NCBI GenBank assembly: GCA_038087875.1
Contig: JAXLNO010000443.1
Coordinates: forward strand, 1-40,521
Reading direction: 5' to 3'
DNA from: Malacoraja senta
Lineage: Eukaryota
DNA: 40,521 nucleotides
The translations under genes were made by a program, and so were the position numbers. The notes beneath the pieces were generated by a model, which searched no databases, had not been told where the DNA came from, and saw nothing but the letters and a program-made list of their open reading frames with translations. Shown in pieces: positions 9,901 to 22,790 of this stretch; positions within the stretch are counted from its first letter, which is position 1; the number at the start of each line of letters is the position of its first letter.

Positions 9901-12900
9901 GCGACCACGCCGGAATTATTGCGACCTCGCTGGATTTATGGCGACATTGCCGGAAATATGGCGACCTTGCCGGATTTTTGGCGACCTTGCCGCATTTGTG
10001 GCGACCTTGCCGGATTTATGGCTACGTTGCCGTAAATGTGGCGACCTTGCCGGATTTGTGGCAACCTTGCCGGATTTATGGCGACCTTGCCGGGAATGTG
10101 GCGACCTTGGCGGATTTATGGCGACATGCCCGGATTAATGGCGACCTTGACGGAAATGTGACGCCCTTGCCGGAAATGTGGCGACCTTGCCGCATTTGTG
10201 GCGACCCTGCTGGATTTGTGGCGACCTTGCCGGATTCATGGCGACCTTGCCGGAAATGTGGCGACCTTTCCGAATTTGTGGCGACGATGCCGGATTTCTG
10301 GCGACCTTGCCGATATGTTGCGACTTTACCGGATTTGTGGCGACCTTGCCGGATTTCTGGCGACCTTGCCGCAAATGTGGCGATCCTGCCAGATTTGTGG
10401 CGACCTTGCCGGATTTATGGCGACCTTGCCGGATTTATGGCGACCTTGCCGGTTTATGGCGACCATGCTGGAAATATGGCGACCTTGCCGGACTTGTGGC
10501 GACCTTGTCGGATTCATGGCGATCTTGCCGGAAATGTGGCGAGCTTCCCGGATTTGTGTCGACGATGCCGGATTTCTGGCGACCTTGCCGAATTGTTGCG
10601 ACCTTGCCGGATTTGTTGAGACCTTGCCGGATCTATGGCGACCTTGCCGGAAATGGGGCGACCTTGCCGGATTTGACGCGTCCTTGCCGGACTTGTGGCG
10701 ACCTTGCTGGATCATGGCGACCTTGCCGGAAATGTGGCGACCTTGCCGGATTTCTGGCGACGATGCCGGATTTCTGGCGACCTTGCCGAAATGTTGCGAC
10801 CTTGCCGGATATGTTGCGATCTTGCCGGATGTATGGCGGCCTTGCCGGAAATATGGCGACCTTCCCAGATTTGGGGCGACCTTGCCGGATTTATGGCGAC
10901 CTTGCCGGAAATATTGCGACCTTACCGCATTTGTCCCGACCTTGCCGGATTTATGGCGACCTAGCGGGATATATAGCAACCGTGCCGGATTTGTGGCGTC
11001 CTTGCCGGATTTGTGGCGACCTTGCCGGATTTATGGCGACCTTGCCGGAAATAAGGCGACCCTTGCCGCATTTGTGGCGACCTTGCCGGATTTATGGAGA
11101 CCTTGCCGGAAATATGGCGACCTTGCCGGATTTGATGCAAACTTGCCGGATTTATGGCGACGTCGGAAATATGGCGACCCTTGCCCGATTTGTGGCGACC
11201 TTGCCGGATTTATGGCGTCCTAGCCGGATTTATGTCGACCGTGCCGGAAATACGGCGACCTTGCCGGAGTTATGGCGACTTTGCAGATTTATGGCGACCT
11301 TGCCGGATTTATGGCGACTTTGCCGGTAAAATGGCGACCTCGCCGGAATTATGGCGACCTTGCCGGATTTATGGTGACCTCGTCGGAAATATGGCAACCT
11401 CGCCGGATTTATGGCGACCTTGCCGGAAATATGGCGACCTTGCCGGATTTATGGCGACCTTGCCGCAATTTTGGCGACCTTGCCGGATTTTCTGGTGACC
11501 TTGCCTGAAATATGGCTACATTGCCGGATATGTGGCGAGCTTGCCGGATTTGTGGCGACCTTGCCGGATTTATTGCGAACTTGCCGGGGATGTGGCGACC
11601 TTGCCGCATTTGTGGCGACCTTGCTGGATTTGTGGCGACCTTGCCGGATTTATGGCGACGTTGCCGGATTGTTGGCGACCTCGCCGGGAATGTAGCGATC
11701 TTGCCGGAAATGTGGCGACCTTGCCGGATTTATGGCGACCTCGACGAAAATGTTGCGATCTTGCCGGATTTTTGGCGACTTTTCCGGATGTATGGCGGCC
11801 TCGCCGGAAATGTGGCGACATTGCCTGGTTTGTGGCGACCTTGCCGGATTTATGGCGACCTTGCCGGAAATGTGGCGACCTTGCCGGATTTGTGGCGACC
11901 TTGCGGATTTATGGCGACCTAGCCGGAAATATGGCAACCTTGCCGGATTTGTGGCGACCTTGCCGGGTTTGTGGCGACCTTGCCGGAAATATTGCGACCT
12001 TGCCGCATTTGTGTCGACCTTGCCGGATTTATGATGACATTGCCGGAAATATGGCGACCTTGACGGAATGTGGCGACCTTGCCGCATTTGTGGCGACCTT
12101 GCCGGATTTATGGCGACATTCCCGGATTATTGGCGACCTTGCCGGAAATGTGGCGACCTTGACGGATTAGTGGCGACCTTGCCCGATTTATGGCGACCTT
12201 GGCTGAAATGTGGCGACCTTGACGGATTTGTGGCGACTTTGACGGATTTATGGCGGCCTTGCAGGGGATGTGGCGACCTTACCGGATTTGTGGCGATCTT
12301 GCCGGATTTATGGCGACCTTGCGGGGATTGTGGCGACCTTGCCTTATTTGTGGCGACCTTGCCGGATTTATGGCGACCTTGCCGCAAATGTGCCGACCTT
12401 GCCGGATTTGTGGCGTGGTTGCCGGAAATATGGCGACCTTGTGGGATTTGTGGCGACCTTGCCGGAAATGTGGCGACCTTGCCGAACTTGTAGCGACCTT
12501 GCCGGATTCATGGCGACCTTGCCGGAAATGTGGCGACCTTGACGGATTTGTGGCGACGATGCTGGATTTCTGGCGATCTTGCCAAAATGTTGCGACCTTG
12601 CCGGATTTTGTGGCGACCTTGCCGGACCCATGGCGACCGTGCCGGAAATGTGGCGACCTTGCACAAAATATGGCGACCTTGCTGGATTTATGGCCTCCTA
12701 GCCGGATTTATGGCGACCGTGCCGGAAATACGGCGACCGTGCCGGAGTTATGGCGACATTCCAGATTTATGGCGAGTTGCCGGATTTATGGCTACTTTAT
12801 CACAAATATGGCGACATTGACGGAATTATGGCGACCTTGCCGGATTTATGGCGACCACGCCGGAAATATTGCGACCTCGCTGGATTTATGGCGACATTGC

Positions 12901-15900
12901 CGGAAATATGGCGACCTTGCCGGATTTTTGGCGACCTTGCCGCATTTGTGGCGACCTTGCCGGATTTATGGCGACCTTGCTGGAAATGTGGCGACCTTGC
13001 GGATTAGTGGCGACCTTGCCGGATTTATGGCGACCTGGCCGGGAATGTGGCGACCTTGCCGGATTTATGGCGACATTCCCGGATTAATGGCGACCTTGCC
13101 GGAAATGTGGCGACCATGCCGGATTTGTAGCGACCTTGCCGGATTTATGGCGACCTTACCTGAAATGTGGCGACCTTCCCTGATTTGTGGCCACCTTGCC
13201 GGATTTATGGCGACCTTGTCGGATTTATGGCGACCTTGCCGGCAATATGGCGACCTTGCCGGATTTGGGGCGACCTTGCCGGATTTATGGCGACCTTGCC
13301 GGAAATATTGCGACCTTGCCGGATTTGTGGCGACCTTGCCGGATTTATGGCGACCTAGCCGGAAATATGGCAACCTTGCAAGATTTGTGGCGACCTTGCC
13401 GTATTTGTGGCGACCTTGCCGGATTTATGGCGACCTTGCCGGAAATGTGGTGAACTTGGCGGATTTGTGGCGACCTTGCCGGATTTATGGCGATCTTTCC
13501 GGGAATGTGGCGACCTTGACGGATTTGTGGCGACTTTGCCGGAGTTATGGCGACCTTGCCGGGGATGTGGCGACCGTACGGGATTTGTTGCGTCCTTGCC
13601 GGATTTATGGCGACCTTGCCGGAATTGTGGCGATCTTGCCGTATTTGTGGCGACCTTGCCGGATTCATGGCGACCTTGCGGCAAATGTGGCGACCTTGCC
13701 GGATTTGTGGCGTCCTTGCCGGAAATATGGCGACCTTGCCGGATTTATGGCGACCTAGCCGGATTTATGGGGACCTTGCCGGATTTATGGCGACCTTGCC
13801 GGAAATATGGCGACCTTGCCGGAAATGTGGCGACCTTGCCGCGTTTGTGGCGACCTTGCTGGATTTGTGGCGACCTTGCCGGATTTATGGCGACCTTGCG
13901 GCAAGTGTGGCGACCTTGCCAGATTTGTGGCGACCTTGCCGGATTTATGGCGACCTCGACGAAAATGTTGCGATCTTGCCGGATTTTTGGCGACTTTTCC
14001 GGATGTATGGCGGCCTCGCCGGAAATGTGGCGACATTGCCTGGTTTGTGGCGACCTTGCCGGATTTATGGCGACCTTGCCGGAAATGTGGCGACCTTGCC
14101 GGATTTGTGGCGACCTTGCCGGATTTATGGCGACCTAGCCGGAAATATGGCAACCTTGCCGGATTTGTGGCGACCTTGCCGGGTTTGTGGCGACCGTACC
14201 GGATTTGTTGCGTCCTTGCCGGATTTATGGCGACCTTGCCGGAATTGTGGCGATCTTGCCGTATTTGTGGCGACCTTGCCGGAAATATGGCGACCTTGCC
14301 GGATTTATGGCGACCTAGCCGGATTTATGGAGACCTTGCCGGATTTATTGCGACCTTGCCGGAAATATGGCGACCTTGCCGGAAATGTGGCGACCTTGCC
14401 GCGTTTGTGGCGACCTTGCTGGATTTGTGGCGACCTTGCCGGATTTATGGCGACCTTACCGGAAATGTGGCGACCTTGCCGGATTTATGGCGACCTTGCG
14501 GCAAGTGTGGCGACCTTGCCGTATTTGTGGCGACCTTGCCGGATTTATGGCGACCTTTCCGGGGATGTGGCGACGGTACCGGATTTGTGGCGACCTTGCC
14601 GGATTTATGGCGACCTTGCCGGAATTGTGGCGACCTTGCCGTATTAGTGGCGACCTTGCCGGATTTATGGCGACCTTGCGGCAAGTGTGGCGACCTTGCC
14701 GGATTTGTGGCGACCTTGCCGGATTTATGGCGACCTTGCCGGATTTATGGCGACCTTGCCGGAAATATGGCGACCTTGCCGGAAATGTGGCGACCTTGCC
14801 GCGTTTGTGGCGACCTTGCTTGATTTGTGGCGACCTTGCCGGATTTATGGCGACCTTACGGGGAATGTGGCGACCTTGCCGAATTTATGGCGACCTTGCC
14901 GGAAATATGGCGACCTTGCCGGAAATGTGGCGACCTTGCCGCGTTTGTGGCGACCTTGCCGGATTTGCGGCGACCTTGCCGGATTTATGGAGACCTTGCC
15001 GTGAATGTGGCGACCTTGCCGGATTTATGGCGACATACCCGGGTGAATGGCGACCTTGCCGGAAATGTGGCGACGTTGCTGGATTTGTGGCGACCGTACC
15101 GGGTTTATGGCGACCTTGCCTGAAATGTGGCGACCTTGACGGATTTGTGGCGACCTTGCCGGATTTATGGCGACCTTTCCGGGAATGTGGCGACGGTACC
15201 GGATTTGTGGCGACCTTGCCGGATTTATGGCGACCTTGCCGGAATTGTGGCGACCTTGCCGTATTAGTGGCGACCTTGCCGGATTTATGGCGACCTTGCG
15301 GCAAGTGTGGCGACCTTGACGGATTTGTGGCGACCTTGCCTGATTTATGGCGACCTTGTCGGATTTATGGCGACCTTGTGGGATTTGTGGCGACCTTGCC
15401 GGATTTATGGCGACCTTGCCGGAAATGTGGCGACCTTGCCGGACTTGTGGCGACCTTGCCGGATTCATGGCGACCTTGCCGGAAATGTGGCGACCTTGCC
15501 GAATTTGTGGCGACGATGCCGGATTTCTGGCGACCTTGCCGATATGTTGCGACCTTACCGGATTTGTGGCGACCTTGCCGGATTCATGGCGACCTTGTCG
15601 GAAATGTGGCGACCTTGCCGGATTTGACGCGACCTTGCCGGAAATATGGCGACCTTGCCGGATTTATGGCGACCTTGCCGGATTTATGGCGACCTTGACG
15701 GTGATATGGCGACCTTCCCGGATTTGTGGCAACTTTGCCGTAAATATGGCGACCTTGCCGGATTTATGGCGTCCTAGCCGGATTTATGGCGACCGTGCCG
15801 GAAATACGGCGACCGTGCCGGAGTTATGGCGACATTCCAGATTTATGGCGAGTTGCCGGATTTATGGCTACTTTATCACAAATATGGCGACATTGACGGA

Positions 15901-18900
15901 ATTATGGCGACCTTGCCGGATTTATGGCGACCACGCCGGAAATATTGCGATCTCGCTGGATTTATGGCGACATTGCCGGAAATATGGCGACCGTGCCGGA
16001 TTTTTGGCGACCTTGCCGCATTTGTGGCGACCTTGCCGGATTTATGGCGACGTTGCCGTAAATGTGGCGACCTTGCCGGATTTGTGGCAACCTTGCCGGA
16101 TTTATGGCGACCTTGCCGGGAATGTGGCGACCTTGGCGTATTTATGGCGACATGCCCGGATTAGTGGCGACCTTGACGGAAATGTGACGCCCTTGCCGGA
16201 AATGTGGCGACCTTGCCGCATTTGTGGCGACCCTGCTGGATTTGTGGCGACCTTGCCGGATTTATGGCGACCTTGCTGGAAATGTGGCGACCTTGCGGAT
16301 TTGTGGCGACCTTGCCGGATTTATGGCGACCTGGCCGGGAATGTGGCGACCTTGCCGGATTTATGACGACATTCCCGGATTAATGGCGACCTTGCCGGAA
16401 ATGTGGCGACCATGCCTGATTTGTAGCGACCTTGCCGGATTTATGGCGACCTTACCTGAAATGTGGCGACCTTCCCTGATTTGTGGCCACCTTGCCGGAT
16501 TTATGGCGACCTTGTCGGATTTATGGCGACCTTGCCGGCAATATGGCGACCTTGCCGGATTTGGGGCGACCTTGCCGGATTTATGGCGACCTTGCCGGAA
16601 ATATTGCGACCTTGCCGGATTTGTGGCGACCTTGCCGGATTTATGGCGACCTAGCCGGAAATATGGCAACCTTGCAGGCTTTGTGGCGACCTTGCCGTAT
16701 TTGTGGCGACCTTGCCGGATTAATGGCGACCTTGCCGGAAATATGGCGACTTTGCCGCATTTGTGGCGACCTTGCCGGATTTATGGTGACCTTGCCGGAA
16801 ATATGGCGACCTTGCCGGAAATGTGGCGACATTGCCGGATTTGTGGCGACCTTGCCGGATTTATGGCGACCTTGCCGGAAATGTGGTGAACTTGGCGGAT
16901 TTGTGGCGACCTTGCCGGTTTATGGCGATCTTGCCGGAAATGTGGCGACCTTGCCGGATTTATGGCGACCTTGTCGGATTTGTGGCGAACTTGCCGGATT
17001 TATGGCGACCTTGCCGGAAATGTGGCGACCTTGCCGCATTTGTGGCGACATTGCTGGATTTGTGGCGACCTTGCCGGATTGTTGGCGACCTCACCGGGAA
17101 TGTGGCCATCTTGCCGGAAATGTGGCGACCTTGCCGGACTTGTGGCGACCTTGCCGGATTCATGGCGACCTTGCCGGAAATGTGGCGACCTTTCCGAATT
17201 TGTGGCGACGATGCCGGATTTCTGGCGACCTTGCCGATATGTTGCGACCTTACCGGATTTGTGGCGACCTTGCCGGATTTATGGCGTCCCTGCCGGAAAT
17301 GTGACGACCTTGCCGGATTTGACGCGACCTTGCCGGAAATATGGCGACCTTGCCGGATTTATGGCGACCTTGCCGGATTTATGGCGTCCTAGCCGGATTT
17401 ATGGCGACCGTGCCGGAAATACGGCGACCGTGCCGGAGTTATGGCGACATTCCAGATTTATGGCGAGTTCCCGGATTTATGGCTACTTTATCACAAATAT
17501 GGCGACATTGACGGAATTATGGCGACCTTGCCGGATTTATGGCGACCACGCCGGAATTATTGCGACCTCGCTGGATTTATGGCGACATTGCCGGAAATAT
17601 GGCGACCTTGCCGGATTTTTGGCGACCTTGCCGCATTTGTGGCGACCTTGCCGGATTTATGGCGACGTTGCCGTAAATGTGGCGACCTTGCCGGATTTGT
17701 GGCAACCTTGCCGGATTTATGGCGACCTTGCCGGGAATGTGGCGACCTTGGCGGATTTATGGCGACATGCCCGGATTAATGGCGACCTTGACGGAAATGT
17801 GACGCCCTTGCCGGAAATGTGGCGACCTTGCCGCATTTGTGGCGACCCTGCTGGATTTGTGGCGACCTTGCCGGATTCATGGCGACCTTGCCGGACATGT
17901 GGCGACCTTTCCGAATTTGTGGCGACGATGCCGGATTTCTGGCGACCTTGCCGATATGTTGCGACTTTACCGGATTTGTGGCGACCTTGCCGGATTTCTG
18001 GCGACCTTGCTGCAAATGTGGCGATCCTGCCAGATTTGTGGCGACCTTGCCGGATTTATGGCGACCTTGCCGGATTTATGGCGACCTTGCCGGTTTATGG
18101 CGACCATGCTGGAAATATGGCGACCTTGCCGGACTTGTGGCGACCTTGCCGGATTTGTTGCGACCTTGCCGGATCTATGGCGACCTTGCCGGAAATGGGG
18201 CGACCTTGCCGGATTTGACGCGTCCTTGCCGGACTTGTGGCGACCTTGCTGGATTCATGGCGACCTTGCCGGAAATGTGGCGACCTTGCCGGATTTGTGG
18301 CGACGATGCCGGATTTCTGGCGACCTTGCCGAAATGTTGCGACCTTGCCGGATATGTTGCGATCTTGCCGGATGTATGGCGGCCTTGCCGGAAATATGGC
18401 GACCTTGCCAGATTTGGGGCGACCTTGCCGGATTTATGGCGACCTTGCCGGAAATATTGCGACCTAGCCGGATTTGTCCCGACCTTGCCGGATTTATGGC
18501 GACCTAGCGGGATATATAGCAACCGTGCCGGATTTGTGGCGACCTTGCCGGATTTGTGGCGACCTTGCCGGATTTATGGCGACGTTGCCGTAAATGTGGC
18601 GACCTTGCCGGATTTGTGGCAACCTTGCCGGATTTATGGCGACCTTGCCGGGAATGTGGCGACCTTGGCGTATTTATGGCGACATGCCCGGATTAGTGGC
18701 GACCTTGACGGAAATGTGACGCCCTTGCCGGAAATGTGGCGACCTTGCCGCATTTGTGGCGACCCTGCTGGATTTGTGGCGACCTTGCCGGATTTATGGC
18801 GACCTTGCTGGAAATGTGGCGACCTTGCGGATTTGTGGCGACCTTGCCGGATTGATGGCGACCTGGCCGGGAATGTGGCGACCTTGCCGGATTTATGACG

Positions 18901-21900
18901 ACATTCCCGGATTAATGGCGACCTTGCCGGAAATGTGGCGACCATGCCGGATTTGTAGCGACCTTGCCGGATTTATGGCGACCTTACCTGAAATGTGGCG
19001 ACCTTCCCTGATTTGTGGCCACCTTGCCGGATTTATGGCGACCTTGTCGGATTTATGGCGACCTTGCCGGCAATATGGCGACCTTGCCGGATTTGGGGCG
19101 ACCTTGCCGGATTTATGGCGACCTTGCCGGAAATATTGCGACCTTGCCGGATTTGTGGCGACCTTGCCGGATTTATGGCGACCTAGCCGGAAATATGGCA
19201 ACCTTGCAGGCTTTGTGGCGACCTTGCCGTATTTGTGGCGACCTTGCCGGATTAATGGCGACCTTGCCGGAAATATGGCGACTTTGCCGCATTTGTGGCG
19301 ACCTTGCCGGATTTATGGTGACCTTGCCGGAAATATGGCGACCTTGCCGGAAATGTGGCGACCTTGCCGGATTTGTGGCGACCTTGCCGGATTTATGGCG
19401 ACCTTGCCGGAAATGTGGTGAACTTGGCGGATTTGTGGCGACCTTGCCGGTTTATGGCGATCTTGCCGGAAATGTGGCGACATTGCCGGATTTATGGCGA
19501 CCTTGTCGGATTTGTGGCGAACTTGCCGGATTTATGGCGACCTTGCCGGAAATGTGGCGACCTTGCCGCATTTGTGGCCATCTTGCCGGATTTGTGGCGA
19601 CCTTGCCGGATTGTTGGCGACCTTGCCGGTTTCATGGCGACCTTGCCGGAAATGTGGCGACCTTTCCGAATTTGTGGCGACGATGCCGGATTTCTGGCTA
19701 CCTTGCCGATATGTTGCGACCTTACCGGATTTGTGGCGACCTTGCCGGATTTATGGCGTCCTTGCCGGAAATGTGACGACCTTGCCGGATTTGACGCGAC
19801 CTTGCCGGAAATATGGCGACCTTGCCGGATTTATGGCGACCTTGCCGGATTTATGGCGTCCTAGCCGGATTTATGGCGACCGTGCCGGAAATACGGCGAC
19901 CGTGCCGGAGTTATGGCGACATTCCAGATTTATGGCGAGTTCCCGGATTTATGGCTACTTTATCACAAATATGGCGACATTGACGGAATTATGGCGACCT
20001 TGCCGGATTTATGGCGACCACGCCGGAATTATTGCGACCTCGCTGGATTTATGGCGACATTGCCGGAAATATGGCGACCTTGCCGGATTTTTGGCGACCT
20101 TGCCGCATTTGTGGCGACCTTGCCGGATTTATGGCGACGTTGCCGTAAATGTGGCGACCTTGCCGGATTTATGGCGACCTTGCCGGGAATGTGGCGACCT
20201 TGGCGGATTTATGGCGACATGCCCGGATTAATGGCGACCTTGACGGAAATGTGACGCCCTTGCCGGAAATGTGGCGACCTTGCCGCATTTGTGGCGACCC
20301 TGTTGGATTTGTGGCGACCTTGCCGGATTCATGGCGACCTTGCCGGAAATGTGGCGACCTTTCCGAATTTGTGGCGACGATGCCGGATTTCTGGCGACCT
20401 TGCCGATATGTTGCGACTTTACCGGATTTGTGGCGACCTTGCCGGATTTCTGGCGACCTTGCCGCAAATGTGGCGATCCTGCCAGATTTGTGGCGACCTT
20501 GCCGGATTTATGGCGACCTTGCCGGATTTATGGCGACCTTGCCGGTTTATGGCGACCATGCTGGAAATATGGCTACCTTCCGGACTTGTGGCGACCTTGT
20601 CGGATTCATGGCGATCTTGCCGGAAATGTGGCGACCTTGCCGGATTTGACGCGTCCTTGCCGGACTTGTGGCGACCTTGCTGGATTCATGGCGACCTTGC
20701 CGGAAATGTGGCGACCTTGCCGGATTTGTGGCGACGATGCCGGATTTCTGGCGACCTTGCCGAAATGTTGCGACCTTGCCGGATATGTTGCGATCTTGCC
20801 GGATGTATGGCGGCCTTGCCGGAAATATGGCGACCTTGCCAGATTTGGGGCGACCTTGCCTGATTTATGGCGACCTTGCCGGAAATATTGCGACCTTGCC
20901 GGATTTGTCCCGACCTTGCCGGATTTATGGCGACTTAGCGGGATATATAGCAACCGTGCCGGATTTGTGGCGACCTTGCCGGATTTGTGGCGACCTTGCC
21001 GGATTTATGGCGACCTTGCCGGAAATAAGGCGACCTTGCCGCATTTGTGGCGACCTTGCCGGATTTATGGAGACCTTGCCGGAAATATGGCGACCTTGCC
21101 AGAAATGTAGCGACCTTGCCGGATTTGACGCCACCTAGCCGGATTAATGTCGATTTTGCCGGAAATATGGCGACCTTGCCGGATTTGATGCAAACTTGCC
21201 GGATTTATGGCGACGTCGGAAATATGGCGACCTTGCCCGATTTGTGGCGACCTTGCCGGATTTATGGCGTCCTAGCCGGATTTATGTCGACCGTGCCGGA
21301 AAAACGGCGACCTTGCCGGGGTTATGGCGACTTTGCAGATTTATGGCGACCTTGCCGGATTTATGGCGACTTTGCCGGTAAAATGGCGACCTCGCCGGAA
21401 TTATGGCGACCTTGCCGGATTTATGGTGACCTCGTCGGAAATCTGGCAACCTCGCCGGATTTATGGCGACCTTGCCGGAAATATGGCGACCTTGCCGGAT
21501 TTATGGCGACCTTGCCGCAATTTTGGCGACCTTGCCGGATTTTTTGGTGACCTTGCCTGAAATATGGCGACATTGCCGGATATGTGGCGAGCTTGCCGGA
21601 TTTGTGGCGACCTTGCCGGATTTATGGCGACCTTGCCGGGGATGTGGCGACCTTGCCGCATTTGTGGCGACCTTGCTGGATTTGTGGCGACCTTGCCGGA
21701 TTTATGGCGACGTTGCCGGATTGTTGGCGACCTCGCCGGGAATGTAGCGATCTTGCCGGAAATGTGGCGACCTTACCGGATTTATGGCGACCTCGACGAA
21801 AATGTTGCGATCTTGCCGGATTTTTGGCGACTTTTCCGGATGTATGGCGACCTCGCCGGAAATGTGGCGACATTGCCTGGTTTGTGGCGACCTTGCCGGA

Positions 21901-22790
21901 TTTATGGCGACCTTGCCGGAAATGTGGCGACCTTGCCGGATTTGTGGCGACCTTGCCGGATTTATGGCGACCTAGCCGGAAATATGGCAACCTTGCCGGA
22001 TTTGTGGCGACCTTGCCGGGTTTGTGGCGACCTTGCCGGAAATATGGCGACCTTGCCGCATTTGTGTCGACCTTGCCGGATTTATGATGACATTGCCGGA
22101 AATGTGGCGACCTTGACGGAAATGTGGCGACCTTGCCGCATTTGTGGCGACCTTGCCGGATTTATGGCGACATTCCCGGATTATTGGCGACCTTGCCGGA
22201 AATGTGGCGACCTTGACGGATTTGTGGCGACCTTGCCCGATTTATGGCGACCTTGGCTGAAATGTGGCGACCTTGACGGATTTGTGGCGACTTTGACGGA
22301 TTTATGGCGGCCTTGCCGGGGATGTGGCGACCTTACCGGATTTGTGGCGATCTTGCCGGATTTATGGCGACCTTGCGGGAATTGTGGCGACCTTGCCTTA
22401 TTTGTGGCGACCTTGCCGGATTTATGGCGACCTTGCCGCAAATGTGGCGACCTTGCCGGATTTGTGGCGAGGTTGCCGGAAATATGGCGACCTTGTGGGA
22501 TTTGTGGCGACCTTGCCGGAAATGTGGCGACCTTGCCGAACTTGTAGCGACCTTGCCGGATTCATGGCGACCTTGTCGGAAATGTGGCGACCTTGACGGA
22601 TTTGTGGCGACGATGCTGGATTTCTGGCGATCTTGCCGAAATGTTGCGACCTTGCCGGATTTGTGGCGACCTTGCCGGACCCATGGCGACCGTGCCGGAA
22701 ATGTGGCGACCTTGCACAAAATATGGCGACCTTGCTGGATTTATGGCCTCCTAGCCGGATTTATGGCGACCGTGCTGGAAATACGGCGAC
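6955..22790 (+). repeat. Higher-order duplication, ~7.6-kb offset (about 6955-12740 repeated at about 14537-22790)
   Basis: ORF pairs with a constant 7582 offset (7105/14687, 7245/14827, 7725/15307, 8244/15826, 8642/16224). The offset becomes 7641 (9800/17441, 10178/17819), then 10052-10054 after the nested duplication (11272/21324, 12250/22304). Confidence 0.85.
16021..21000 (+). repeat. Tandem duplication of ~2.5 kb nested in the second 7.6-kb copy
   Basis: Offset 2532 (16224/18756, 16483/19015, 16823/19355), decaying to 2431-2472. The copies share private variants CTTGCAGGCTTTG and GGCGAGTTCCCGG. Confidence 0.85.
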
